From Lentisphaerota bacterium (GTDB lineage Bacteria; Verrucomicrobiota; Lentisphaeria; Victivallales; UBA1829), in contig SUWI01000002.1 of NCBI GenBank assembly GCA_015061565.1, positions 1 to 62,964 of the forward strand: a stretch of DNA of 62,964 nucleotides. The letters run 5' to 3'. The position numbers and the translations under genes are program-made. Below, piece after piece: positions 1 to 8,618 of this stretch; the stretch's first letter is position 1, and every line of letters starts with the position of its first letter. The notes beneath the pieces are model-generated. The model searched no databases and was not told the origin of the DNA. It was given only the letters and a program-made list of their open reading frames with translations.

Positions 1-629
1 GCGGACGGTGAAACGGGGATGGTCGAGGCGGAAAGTTTCGGCACCGGCCATGACGGCATCGGCACGGGCCCGGAGTTTCTGGACGCGCTGCCGGGCGGTC
101 TCGCCGGTGATCCATTGGGAAATGCCGTCCCGGGTCGCGATTTTCCCGTCGAGGGTCTGCGCCATTTTCAGCAGAACGAACGGCTTGCCGGTGGAGATCC
201 ATTTGAAGAACGGTTCATTCAAGCGGCGGCAGGCGTCTTCGCAGACGGGGAAAGTGACCTCGACGCCATGGGAACGGAGGATTTCGGCGGCGCGTCCGGC
301 ATGTTTCGGATTGGGATCGGTGCAGCCGAAGACCACGCGTGAGATCCCGGCGTTGAGGATGGCTGCCGTGCAGGGGGGAGTGCGGCCGAAAGTGCAGCAG
401 GGTTCGAGCGTGACGTAAATCGTGGAACCGCGGAGGGATCTCCTCCCGCAGGAAGCAATGGCATTTACCTCGGCATGAGGCTGACCGGCTTTCACATGGT
501 ACCCGGCGCCGAGCATGGAACCTTTTTTGACGATGACCGCGCCGACCAGAGGATTGGGGCTGGTGGTGCCCCACCCTTTGAGGGCTTCCTTCAAAGCCCG
601 TTTCATCCAGCGGACATCCTCGTTCAGCA
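1..629 (-). CDS. ribD: Riboflavin biosynthesis protein RibD (pyrimidine deaminase / uracil reductase); the C-terminal part runs off the left edge of the window
   Basis: My own minus-strand translation from the ATG at 629 gives MLNEDVRWMKRALKEALKGWGTTSPNPLVGAVIV...QPHAEVNAI...VTLEPCCTFGRTPPC (the cytidine-deaminase zinc motifs HAE and PCxxC). It continues with KPFVLLKMAQTLDGKIATRDG, the start of the reductase domain. The frame is open to position 1. It is absent from the ORF track because it has no stop inside the window. Confidence 0.85.
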
Positions 630-645
630 TGGGAGCATGGACTCC

Positions 646-1584
646 TTATTCTTTTTCCTTTTCATCTTCGGGGATCGGGAAAATGGCTTCCGCATACATT
701 TCCGGGGAGAAGACCTGAAGATCTTCGGGAGCTTCGCCGAGGCCGACAAAAAGGATCGGAAGATGGAACTCTTCCTGGACTGCTGCTGCAGCGCCGCCTT
801 TGCCGGTGCCGTCGAGCTTGGTCAGTACCAGAGCGCTGGCGTTGGAAATGGCGGCGAATTCGCGGGCCTGCGAAAGGGCATTGGTGCCGACCCCGGCATC
901 GAGCGTGAGCAAAGTCTCATGGGGAGCTTCCGGCAGCTGTTTGCGGATGATCCGGAGGATCTTGGCCAGTTCATCCATAAGCCCTTTCTGGTTCTGCTGA
1001 CGGCCGGCGGTATCGATGATGAGATAATCGACACTTTTGGCTTTGGCGGAAGCGACGGCATCGAAAGCGACGGCGGCGGCATCGGCACCGGTTCTGGAAG
1101 CGATGACGGGCGACCCGGTGCGTTCGCCCCAGAGCTTGAGCTGTTCGACTGCGGCAGCACGGAAGGTGTCACAGGCGGCCAGCATGACCTTCTTCCCCTG
1201 GGCGGAAAAGAGATGGGCGAGTTTGCCGGCGGTGGTGGTCTTGCCGCTGCCGTTGACACCGACCATGAGGATGACCGTGGGGCCGGATTCGGCAGTCCGG
1301 AGGGGACGTCCTCCCTCCTTCAGGATCCGGCAGAGTTCCTCGCGGGCGACTGCCATGATATCATGGTCGCCGGAAAATTCACCCTGCTGGTAACGGTCGC
1401 GGAGGGAATTGACGATCTTCCGGGAAGCAGAGACGCCGAAATCGGCGGCCAGGAGTTCGTTTTCCAGCTTCCGGAAACTCTCCTCATCCCATTTTTTCAC
1501 CGAGGTGAAAATACTGGAGATGCCGCGTCCGATGGCGACCGCGGTTTTTTTCAGACCTTTTTTGAAAACATCAAAAATCGACAT
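646..1584 (-). CDS. ftsY: Signal recognition particle receptor FtsY
   Basis: 312 aa. It has the SRP-GTPase motifs GVNGSGKTTTAGKLA (G1), DTAGRQQN (G3) and TKLDGTGKGG (G4). Confidence 0.95.
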   Translation of the reverse strand: MSIFDVFKKGLKKTAVAIGRGISSIFTSVKKWDEESFRKLENELLAADFGVSASRKIVNSLRDRYQQGEFSGDHDIMAVAREELCRILKEGGRPLRTAESGPTVILMVGVNGSGKTTTAGKLAHLFSAQGKKVMLAACDTFRAAAVEQLKLWGERTGSPVIASRTGADAAAVAFDAVASAKAKSVDYLIIDTAGRQQNQKGLMDELAKILRIIRKQLPEAPHETLLTLDAGVGTNALSQAREFAAISNASALVLTKLDGTGKGGAAAAVQEEFHLPILFVGLGEAPEDLQVFSPEMYAEAIFPIPEDEKEKE

Positions 1585-1587
1585 GGA

Positions 1588-2163
1588 TCAAGCGTCCTCC
1601 CTGCTCCCCGGATTTTTGCAGTCCGGATTTTTCGCATGAGGCGGGAGCTTATCCTTGATGGTGTTCAAAAGACCGTTGATGAAATTGCCGGATTTGGAGG
1701 AGCTGTAATCCTTGGCGATCTCAATGGCTTCGTTGATGCTGACCAGAGCGGGAATGTCGGGACAGTGGAAAAGTTCGAAGACGGCCACGCGGATGATATT
1801 GCGGTCGACGGTGGACATGCGGGAAATATCCCATTTGTCGGAAGTCTCGCTGATGACGGCATCGATCGAGGACTCATTTTCGCAGACACCGGAAATGATC
1901 TTTTCCGCATAAGCGCGGGCTTTCCGGAAAATGCGACTGTTGGGAAACTCGCCGGAATGTTCCGCCTGGAACCAGAAATTTTCCAGATTTTCGGCCAGAT
2001 CATCGGTGCCGGCGATGTCGCACTCGAAAAGGAACTGCATGGCGAGTTCGCGTCCGAGCCGTTTGAAATGGAATTTGGGGACCAGCTCATGATGAGCCCG
2101 GCCGCGCGCATGTTTGGCAGCGGGAACGGGAGCCGGTTCCGAAACGTCATTCTGTTCGTTCAT
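1588..2163 (-). CDS. nusB: Transcription antitermination factor NusB
   Basis: 191 aa. NusB-like core: AMQFLFECDI...RVAVFELFHCPDIPALVSINEAIEIAKDYSSSKSGNFINGLLNTI. It shows the common ribH-nusB adjacency. Confidence 0.9.
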   Translation of the reverse strand: MNEQNDVSEPAPVPAAKHARGRAHHELVPKFHFKRLGRELAMQFLFECDIAGTDDLAENLENFWFQAEHSGEFPNSRIFRKARAYAEKIISGVCENESSIDAVISETSDKWDISRMSTVDRNIIRVAVFELFHCPDIPALVSINEAIEIAKDYSSSKSGNFINGLLNTIKDKLPPHAKNPDCKNPGSREDA

Positions 2164-2178
2164 GATCGTACTGACCGG

Positions 2179-2664
2179 TCAGCCTTTCCGGGAAAAATTT
2201 TTCAGGAGGTTGGCCATTTCGACAGCAGTGCGGGCGGCATCGGCACCGCGGTTGCCGGCTTTGGTGCCGCTGCGTTCGATCGCCTGCTCGATGTTTTCCG
2301 TGGAGACCACGCCGTAAACGGCGGGAATGCCTTTTTCGAGCGCGAGCTGACCGAGAGCCTTGGAGACCTGGGAATTGATATGGTCGGCATGGGTGGTGGA
2401 ACCGCGGATGACCATGCCGAGAGCGATGGTGGCGTCATATTTGCCGGAATCCATCATTTTGGAAATGACCAGGGGGATCTCGAACGAACCGGGGACCCAG
2501 GCGACATCGATATTGGCGGGATCGCCGCCGAGTCTGCGGATGGTGTCCAGCGCGCCGGAAAGCAGTTCACTGACAAAGAAATCGTTGAATCTGGCGCAGA
2601 CGATCCCGAAGCGGAGCCCTTTGGCATCCAGCATGCCTTCGAAAGTCTTGACTTGGCTTAACAT
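2179..2664 (-). CDS. ribH: 6,7-dimethyl-8-ribityllumazine synthase
   Basis: 161 aa. Motifs RFGIVCARFNDFFVSELL, VPGSFEIPLV and MVIRGSTTHADHI are typical of lumazine synthase. Confidence 0.95.
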   Translation of the reverse strand: MLSQVKTFEGMLDAKGLRFGIVCARFNDFFVSELLSGALDTIRRLGGDPANIDVAWVPGSFEIPLVISKMMDSGKYDATIALGMVIRGSTTHADHINSQVSKALGQLALEKGIPAVYGVVSTENIEQAIERSGTKAGNRGADAARTAVEMANLLKNFSRKG

Positions 2665-2703
2665 GATAAAACCCTTTCTGTTGAATTATAAGGTAATATA
2701 CTT

Positions 2704-3930
2704 TCACTTTCTGCGAGTTTCAACCGGAGAAACGGCCGAATCGAGCAAATGGCCCATTTTTTTCATTTTGGTTTCGAGATATTTGCGGTTGTCTTTCTGA
2801 GGCGGGATGATAATGGGGACCCGTTCGACGATCTGAAGTCCGTAGCCGTCGATGCCGATGATCTTCTGGGGATTGTTGGTCAGCAGCCGGATGCCCTTGA
2901 TGCCGAGGTCAAGCAGGATCTGGGCACCGGTGCCGTATTCGCGGAGGTCGGCGGGAAACCCGAGTTTCAGATTGGCTTCGACCGTATCGCAGCCCTGTTC
3001 CTGGAGCTTGTAGGCATGGAGTTTGTTTTCCAGTCCGATGCCCCTGCCCTCCTGCCGCATGTATACCACGACGCCGCAGCCTTCTTTGGCGATCATTTTC
3101 ATGGCGGTGTGGAGCTGGTCGCCGCAATCGCAGCGCGCGGAACCGAAGACATCGCCGGTGAGACATTCGCTGTGGACGCGGGTAAGGACCGCTTTCTTGC
3201 CGCGGACATTGCCCATGACGAGAGCCAGATGGGTGGAATCATCGACGAGGGAACGGTAAAGATGCATGGTAAAATCACCGTAAGCGGTCGGCAGATGGAC
3301 CGATTCCTCGCAGCGGACCAGATGTTCCGTGCGGCGGCGGTATTCGATCAGGGAGGCGATGGTCAGGATCTTCAGTCCGAATTTCTTTTTGAATTTCATC
3401 AGGTCGGGCAGACGGGCCATCGTGCCGTCCGCTTTGGTGATCTCGCAGATGGTGCCGGCGGGATAAAGACCGGCGAGACGGGCGAGATCGACCGCCGCTT
3501 CGGTGTGGCCGGTGCGCTGGAGGACGCCGCCGGGACGCGCCGCGATCGGGAAGATGTGACCGGGAATGCCGAAATCCTCCCGCTTGCTTTTCGGATCGAT
3601 CAGCGTCTTGATCGTATTGGCTCGGTCAAACGCGGAAATGCCGGTGGTTCCGCTCAGCGCATCGACGCTTTCGGTAAACGCGGTTTTGAAATGGTCGGTG
3701 GAGGGCGGACGCAGGATCTTGAGTTCTTTCGCCCGTTCTTCGGTGATGGGAGCGCAGACCAGTCCGCGGGCGTTGGTGATCATGAAATTGATGATCTCGG
3801 GCGTGACTTTTTCCGCTGCGCAAACCAGGTCGCCTTCATTTTCGCGGTTCTCGTCATCGGTTACGATGACCATTTTGCCCTGCCGGATGTCCTTCAGAAC
3901 GGACTCAACCGTGTCGAATTCGAATTTCAC
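2704..3930 (-). CDS. ribBA: Bifunctional 3,4-dihydroxy-2-butanone-4-phosphate synthase / GTP cyclohydrolase II
   Basis: 408 aa. GTG start at 3930, preceded by AGGAGG. The DHBP-synthase part contains [17 protein letters not shown]. The GCH-II part contains [23 protein letters not shown]. Confidence 0.95.
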   Translation of the reverse strand: MKFEFDTVESVLKDIRQGKMVIVTDDENRENEGDLVCAAEKVTPEIINFMITNARGLVCAPITEERAKELKILRPPSTDHFKTAFTESVDALSGTTGISAFDRANTIKTLIDPKSKREDFGIPGHIFPIAARPGGVLQRTGHTEAAVDLARLAGLYPAGTICEITKADGTMARLPDLMKFKKKFGLKILTIASLIEYRRRTEHLVRCEESVHLPTAYGDFTMHLYRSLVDDSTHLALVMGNVRGKKAVLTRVHSECLTGDVFGSARCDCGDQLHTAMKMIAKEGCGVVVYMRQEGRGIGLENKLHAYKLQEQGCDTVEANLKLGFPADLREYGTGAQILLDLGIKGIRLLTNNPQKIIGIDGYGLQIVERVPIIIPPQKDNRKYLETKMKKMGHLLDSAVSPVETRRK

Positions 3931-3965
3931 AAAAAACCTCCTGAATATTTGCGGTCTTATTCAGG
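3931..3965 (-). promoter_or_regulatory. Expression-platform hairpin of the FMN riboswitch (terminator and/or SD sequestor)
   Basis: The minus-strand RNA reads CCTGAATA-N10-TATTCAGG, then AGG, a U6 run and the GTG start. The 3' arm overlaps the AGGAGG Shine-Dalgarno. Confidence 0.6.
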
Positions 3966-4008
3966 AAGTCGGAAAGCGGAACACAGGCATGCCGAAGGAT
4001 GCCGCCGG

Positions 4009-4140
4009 TTCTTCTTTCATCCAGACTTTACTGTCGGTCATGGGATTTCACCATGTCAGCACATGAACCATGCGCAGGCGGACTGTCACCGCCGGTCGGG
4101 AATCTGCGGGGCACCGCATCACCCTGCCCTGAAGAAAACC
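4009..4140 (-). promoter_or_regulatory. FMN riboswitch (RFN element) aptamer
   Basis: The reverse complement reads TTCTTCAGGGCAGGGTG...AGATTCCCGACCGGCGGTGACAGTCCGC...GGTGAAATCCCATGACCGACAGTAAAGTCTGGATGAAAGAAGAA. This matches the conserved RFN core blocks and the P1 pairing TTCTTC/GAAGAA. It lies directly upstream of ribBA. Confidence 0.9.
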
Positions 4141-4159
4141 TTTTCTTTTGTTTCAAGGT

Positions 4160-4188
4160 AATATACCATTCCGGACGATAAAAATCAA
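4160..4188 (-). promoter_or_regulatory. Sigma70-type promoter of the rib operon
   Basis: The minus strand reads TTGATT-N17-TATATT, roughly 15-20 nt upstream of riboswitch P1. Confidence 0.5.
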
Positions 4189-4446
4189 GTCCGGCACTGA
4201 AACGAATCAATAAATCCGTGTTTTCCCGGCTGGCGGTCTTCCTGTCTTTTGTATCGTCATTCGAACTCGGAGCAGAACCGCATCAATGCTATCCGATAGG
4301 GCACGGGCATCTCGCCGTCGGCCGGGCCGGACCAAGCGCAATTTTACATCAAGATGAAGAAAGACAAATTCCAAAAGACAGAAGCAATCTTCTATTTCAT
4401 GAACACCGCCATTTTCAGAAAATGAAGCAGGGTTCCGGCAACAGGC

Positions 4447-5077
4447 CTACCACTGCCGAGTCAAATACTCCCGGGCTTCATCCGCGAGCTTTTTCAGCAA
4501 TTCCTCGGCCTCTTTGCTGCCGTGTTCGACACTGCGGTTCAGCCAGTAGTAGGCTTTGAACCGGTTGATTTTCATCGTGAAGTCGCCCCAGCCGTAAAGG
4601 TAAAATCTTCCGATATGGTATTCCGCCGTCGGATTGAATTTTACGGCCGCCTTCTTGAAATATGACAGAGCGACATTATAATGCTTTTGACAGCCCACAC
4701 CGTTGACAAGCATGTATCCCAGATAATTGTCTGCATCGTCCGCCCCCATTCGGGAGGCATCGAGCATCATTTTGAACAGAGTGGAATTTATGTAATACCT
4801 GTTGACGTTATATCTGTTTTTATGATCGTCATACCATTGAAGCGCCGAAATATAGGCTCCGACGGGACTGCCTTTTTCTTTGGCAAAGTCCGCAATGGTT
4901 TCGGGTAAACTTTTCTTTTTTCACGTTTGGCATATTCGAGGGGAGCCATTCTTTTGCCGAAACGATCCCAGACGAAATGTTTTGCTCAGCCTGAGAGTAG
5001 ACTGAAACGCAAAAAACAAACAATAACAGTATGATCGATCTTTTCATTGCACAACAGACAACGGTTCCGATTTTCAT
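4447..5077 (-). pseudogene. Secreted Sel1-repeat (SLR, TPR-like) protein with its reading frame broken once (frameshift or assembly error)
   Basis: ORF 4829..5077 encodes a signal peptide (MKRSIILLLFVFCVSVYSQA). ORF 4447..4770 encodes Sel1-type repeats (YLGYMLVNGVGCQKHYNVALSYFKKAA, YHIGRFYLYGWG). The second frame stays open upstream to a TGA at 4921-4923 and there encodes more repeat-like sequence (ADFAKEKGSPVGAYISALQWYDDHKNRY). The two frames overlap across an A6 run (T6 on the plus strand, 4916-4921). Confidence 0.6.
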
Positions 5078-5236
5078 TTCTCGCTTAACTGTGATCCTCT
5101 ATTGGTATTGGGACGAAAATCGTCGGCAAAAGATCGCTTTTTACGACGCTTTTTTATCCGGCATTCGGCAAATGACATAACATGGGACACCAAAAATCAA
5201 GCTGCAGATTTTCGCTTTCCGATTGTTTTTTCCGTT

Positions 5237-5662
5237 TTATTTGAAAACCATGCTCAGGATCCGGACTTCCGAGCCGGGATACCGGGCGGAGATCTGATTT
5301 CTCGCCATGGATTCCGTCAGGGCATTCCGCAAGACCGTTGTCCCCGTGGTCCAGGATGAATTGTTTCTCCGGATCTGATATCGGACAGACGCCTGGACAT
5401 CTTTTCCTTCCGAGGCGGCAAGGACCCGAACGACGTATCCGGGATGCCGCTGCAAAAGCTGATTCCGGATCATCGATTCGGTCAGGGCATCAGTCAAGGT
5501 GGTGCTGTAAGTCGTCCATGATTTCGAGTTCGGATTTTTCGCCTGGTACTGGACTTTGACTCTGGCATGATTCCGGAAGATGGGATATCCATCAGCCCCC
5601 TGGACGGAATACGACAGGATGGGCAGGATCCCCAAAACGACGGCAAATAATAAAGGTTTCAT
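5237..5662 (-). CDS. Secreted hypothetical protein made of two tandem ~50-aa repeat domains
   Basis: I chose the start at MKPLLFAVVLGILPILSYSVQGA (ATG 5662, GAGGAG 9 nt upstream). Repeat unit 1 is RVKVQYQAKNPNSKSWTTYSTTLTDALTESMIRNQLLQRHPGYVVRVLA. Repeat unit 2 is SVRYQIRRNNSSWTTGTTVLRNALTESMARNQISARYPGSEVRILS. Confidence 0.7.
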   Translation of the reverse strand: MKPLLFAVVLGILPILSYSVQGADGYPIFRNHARVKVQYQAKNPNSKSWTTYSTTLTDALTESMIRNQLLQRHPGYVVRVLAASEGKDVQASVRYQIRRNNSSWTTGTTVLRNALTESMARNQISARYPGSEVRILSMVFK

Positions 5663-5709
5663 AAAGGAATGCTCCTCAGCCGGGTTCGAATCGAGCGGCG
5701 GAAATGATT

Positions 5710-6358
5710 TCAGCCGTGGAAAAAGTTTTTGATATTGAACCAAAACACTGTCTGATAAGTGATTTTTACCGCTTCCTTGCGTTTGAGATTGGCTTCGCGG
5801 CCCTTAGGATCGTTCTTATAGCTGTCATGGGCTTCCCAGTCGGCTTTGAGTTCGTTCCATTCTTTTTCCGGATAAGCAATAACCTGCACCTTGATGAAAT
5901 CGTATGGGACCCCATTAAGCCGGCAAAGTTTCTGCTCGATCACTTTATGACCAAGTCCGGCAAACCGTTCGCCAGCCCGGCGGGAAAAGATCAGTTCCTC
6001 ACGAATCCGCTTGTCGATGAAGGCATATTCCAGCGAAACACCGTCGAACTTCTCTTTGGGATTGATTTCCGGGTCGAATTCCAATACTTCCACGGCATTG
6101 CCGGCATCATAGCCCCAGCCGCCTTTGAAACAGCATTGATCGGCGGTCCGGGGAAAATGCTGACGCAAAATCTTGCGCGGCGCCGGAAAATCATTTGGCA
6201 GGCGGTAAGGCAGATCGACCCGGCTGTTTTGCTTCGCAGCAGTTACTTTGAAATGGTTCCGGGATTCGGAATTTTCATCGGCTCCTGCCACGGAACACAG
6301 CATGACCGGCAGGATCACAAAAATTACTCTCGACAAAAATAATTTCACCTGTAATCTC
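5710..6358 (-). CDS. Secreted hypothetical protein
   Basis: I preferred the GTG start at 6358 because AAGGAGA lies 6 nt upstream; the ORF-track start at 6393 is a TTG. Signal peptide: VKLFLSRVIFVILPVMLCSVAGA. I recognised no family. Confidence 0.65.
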
Positions 6359-6469
6359 CTTGTTTCTGTTATCGGGACAAATCCGTTGGACAATATAACA
6401 GTTTTATTGTAAAATTCAAATAAAAAACGAAAAACTCCTGCAACCCTCCTCCATGAAAGGGGAATCCGA

Positions 6470-6725
6470 TCACAGCGGGGTCGAAATTAGTCGCGGAATT
6501 GGAAAATCAGCTCGATCCGGGAGATCGATCCGGCGCTGGCAACGGCTGTAGCTGACTACATTGTCAGGTCCGCCGATCGGTTTCGGAACATTGCCGAAAC
6601 ACCGGAATTCCCCTGCCGGCCGACCGCAATCAATGAACCTCTGCCATCCCATGACTTCGTCCCCGGGCGGGATCTGACAGCGGACAGGCCAGGAACATCT
6701 TTTCCTTCCGCGGATGAAGAGGTCT
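6470..6725 (-). pseudogene. Decayed fragment paralogous to the repeat domain of gene 5237..5662
   Basis: Nucleotide similarity is visible: ggatctgacagcggacaggccaggaacatcttttccttccgcgg (about 6670-6712) against ggatctgatatcggacagacgcctggacatcttttccttccgaggcgg (about 5370-5417). The homologous peptide pieces (EGKDV, SW, M.RN, and a C-terminal P.....RLIS tail resembling PGSEVRILS) are spread over at least two frames. Confidence 0.4.
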
Positions 6726-6731
6726 GCGGGT

Positions 6732-7238
6732 TTATTCTTTCAGCACGGCGCCGATTGCCAGATAAAACTCTTTGCCGTCCTTCGAAAACCAAGTCCCGAT
6801 GACGGGCCATGAACGGACCACGCCATCGACCTTTTCCTCTGCGACATTCAGGTAGTTTGACAGGGATTTTATTTTCTTCTCTTGCCCGTCGGAGGTCTGT
6901 ACCACCTGTTCCTCCACTTTGGTGAAGGCCGAAACTTTATATCCATTCGCTTTCAGCAGTTCCACCTGGGCTTTGATCCGGCAAACTTTGATCATCTGCG
7001 CCATGGCGGAACCGTTTTTCCCTTTATTCCGCGTTGAGACCACACAAACAATAAGCCTTTTTTTGTCCGGCGTAAGGAATTCCTTGACCCCAGTTGCCTT
7101 CATCGTGTTTTTCCGGGCGGTCATATAGGGATAAAACTCTTCTTCGATGTCCACTTCGGAAAAATCCTTTTCCGCAGCGGCAAGCATGAGCATGCCTCCC
7201 GCCAGCAGTAAAAACGCCATTCCGTGTTTCCGATTCAT
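6732..7238 (-). CDS. Secreted hypothetical protein, LPP20-like fold suspected
   Basis: 168 aa. Signal peptide MAFLLLAGGMLMLAAA. The spacing pattern in AMAQMIKVCRIKAQVELLKANGYKVSAFTKVEE...VDGVV....IGTWFSKDGKEFYLAIGAV resembles LPP20-family lipoproteins; I recognised this from memory only. Its start overlaps the upstream stop (ATGA). Confidence 0.65.
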   Translation of the reverse strand: MNRKHGMAFLLLAGGMLMLAAAEKDFSEVDIEEEFYPYMTARKNTMKATGVKEFLTPDKKRLIVCVVSTRNKGKNGSAMAQMIKVCRIKAQVELLKANGYKVSAFTKVEEQVVQTSDGQEKKIKSLSNYLNVAEEKVDGVVRSWPVIGTWFSKDGKEFYLAIGAVLKE

Positions 7239-8416
7239 CTCTTTGCCTTTTCCTTAATAGTCAGTTCGATGGTTTTGATATCTTTCAGTTGATCCGGCTT
7301 GATCTCGCAGGTGAAACCGTAAACATGAACCGGAGATACATGTCTCGCGATGGAAATAAATTCCGGGGAAATGAACACCATCTTCCCTTGCGATTCCCAG
7401 CATAAGGCCTTTTCCCCGGAAGTTCCCATGATTTGAATTTCTTCCTGCAGGATGATTTCACCGGCGGCGTCTTTCAAGGTAAAAACGGCAAAATAACGAC
7501 GACGGAAAATATTCGTGATTTTCTTCCGGAACGGCCCCTCCCACCGGGGGAAACGATACACAACAAATGACTGAAAACGGGGATTATTGCTTTTGCTGCT
7601 GTTGACGAAAACGTAAGAAGAACGCCTATCGTTTGTATTTGGGGCGTTTTTCCGACTGTAAGTGGAGCCGAATCTTTCTTCCTTGCGGCCGTTTTCCGTT
7701 TCGAATCGGATTTTCAATCCATTGACCCATTCTTTCGCCGGGGCCTGCCACGGACCGGATTTGTCCAGGCAAAGTTTGTTCAAGGCATCCAGCAGATAGG
7801 GCTGGACTTCGCGGACATATTTCTTATGATCGAAAGCAACCAGAATCCCCATGGAAATGTACATTTTTCCGTCTTTCCGGAAAACATTCAGCTTGGCATC
7901 CTTGCCCATGCGTTTCTGCGGATCGACCAGAGTCGGGATCAGGAAATCTTTCGGGTTGAGCATGGAAAAGATTTTCAGCAGCATGGTTTCGGCATTTTCC
8001 TTGCGGAGCTGCTCGGTTTCCAGTTTCGCCCAGATATTCTGGGCATCCTTGACTTCGATTTTGAGGATCCTTGTTTCGGCGAGTTTGCCGCGGAGTTTTT
8101 TCTGTTCGACCTGTGCCCTGATCGTGGTTTCATACAAGCCGTATTTGTTGGGCGCGGGTGCTTTCAGGACTTCGTATTTCGAGACGAACCCGTCGCTGAA
8201 AGTCAGCACCTGTTCTTTCAGGATGGCATCGTTTTTCATCAGCGTTTCACTGTCCACCATGGCGCCGACGGCCTGCTGGACCGCCTGAACCAGTGCGTCT
8301 TTGGTCGCACTGGCGGCATCTTTTCCCATGCCTCGGGCGATCACCTGAAGATTTTCGGCTGCGAAAACGGCGCCGGTCAGCAGAACTGCCAGCAGAACAA
8401 CGATTTGTTTTTTCAT
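7235..8416 (-). CDS. Secreted hypothetical protein with a FlgT-N/LPP20-like N-terminal domain
   Basis: 393 aa. Signal peptide MKKQIVVLLAVLLTGAVFA. The N-terminal domain is IARGMGKDAASATKDALVQAVQQAVGAMVDSETLMKNDAILKEQVLTFSDGFVSKYEVLK...YETTIRAQV. It is paralogous to the N-terminus of 8619..9362. Confidence 0.7.
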   Translation of the reverse strand: MKKQIVVLLAVLLTGAVFAAENLQVIARGMGKDAASATKDALVQAVQQAVGAMVDSETLMKNDAILKEQVLTFSDGFVSKYEVLKAPAPNKYGLYETTIRAQVEQKKLRGKLAETRILKIEVKDAQNIWAKLETEQLRKENAETMLLKIFSMLNPKDFLIPTLVDPQKRMGKDAKLNVFRKDGKMYISMGILVAFDHKKYVREVQPYLLDALNKLCLDKSGPWQAPAKEWVNGLKIRFETENGRKEERFGSTYSRKNAPNTNDRRSSYVFVNSSKSNNPRFQSFVVYRFPRWEGPFRKKITNIFRRRYFAVFTLKDAAGEIILQEEIQIMGTSGEKALCWESQGKMVFISPEFISIARHVSPVHVYGFTCEIKPDQLKDIKTIELTIKEKAKR

Positions 8417-8618
8417 TTCGATTCCTTTCTTTATGGTTTATGTTTGGTTATGTAAAATCTCTTTCCCGAAAATCCTTCCCCGATTGCGACCCGGGATCGT
8501 GCCTGATCAGTAAAGCGTCCAGACTTTGGAACTTTGTCGTTTCCTGCGCAAAAGCTCATTCAACAAATCGATATTTTCGACCCGGAAATGTCTTTCACAT
8601 TCCAGCAAAGCCTTGTCG

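Noticed and set aside
475-2661. 728-aa plus-strand ORF spanning ftsY, nusB and ribH.
   Set aside because: It lies antisense to three strongly recognisable genes. Its translation is low-complexity and G/D/A/F-rich with no motifs. This is a typical shadow ORF of a GC-rich genome.
4218-4559. 113-aa plus-strand ORF between the riboswitch promoter and the Sel1 gene.
   Set aside because: It has no RBS and no recognisable motif, and it overlaps the 3' end of the Sel1 gene on the other strand. It is probably non-coding.
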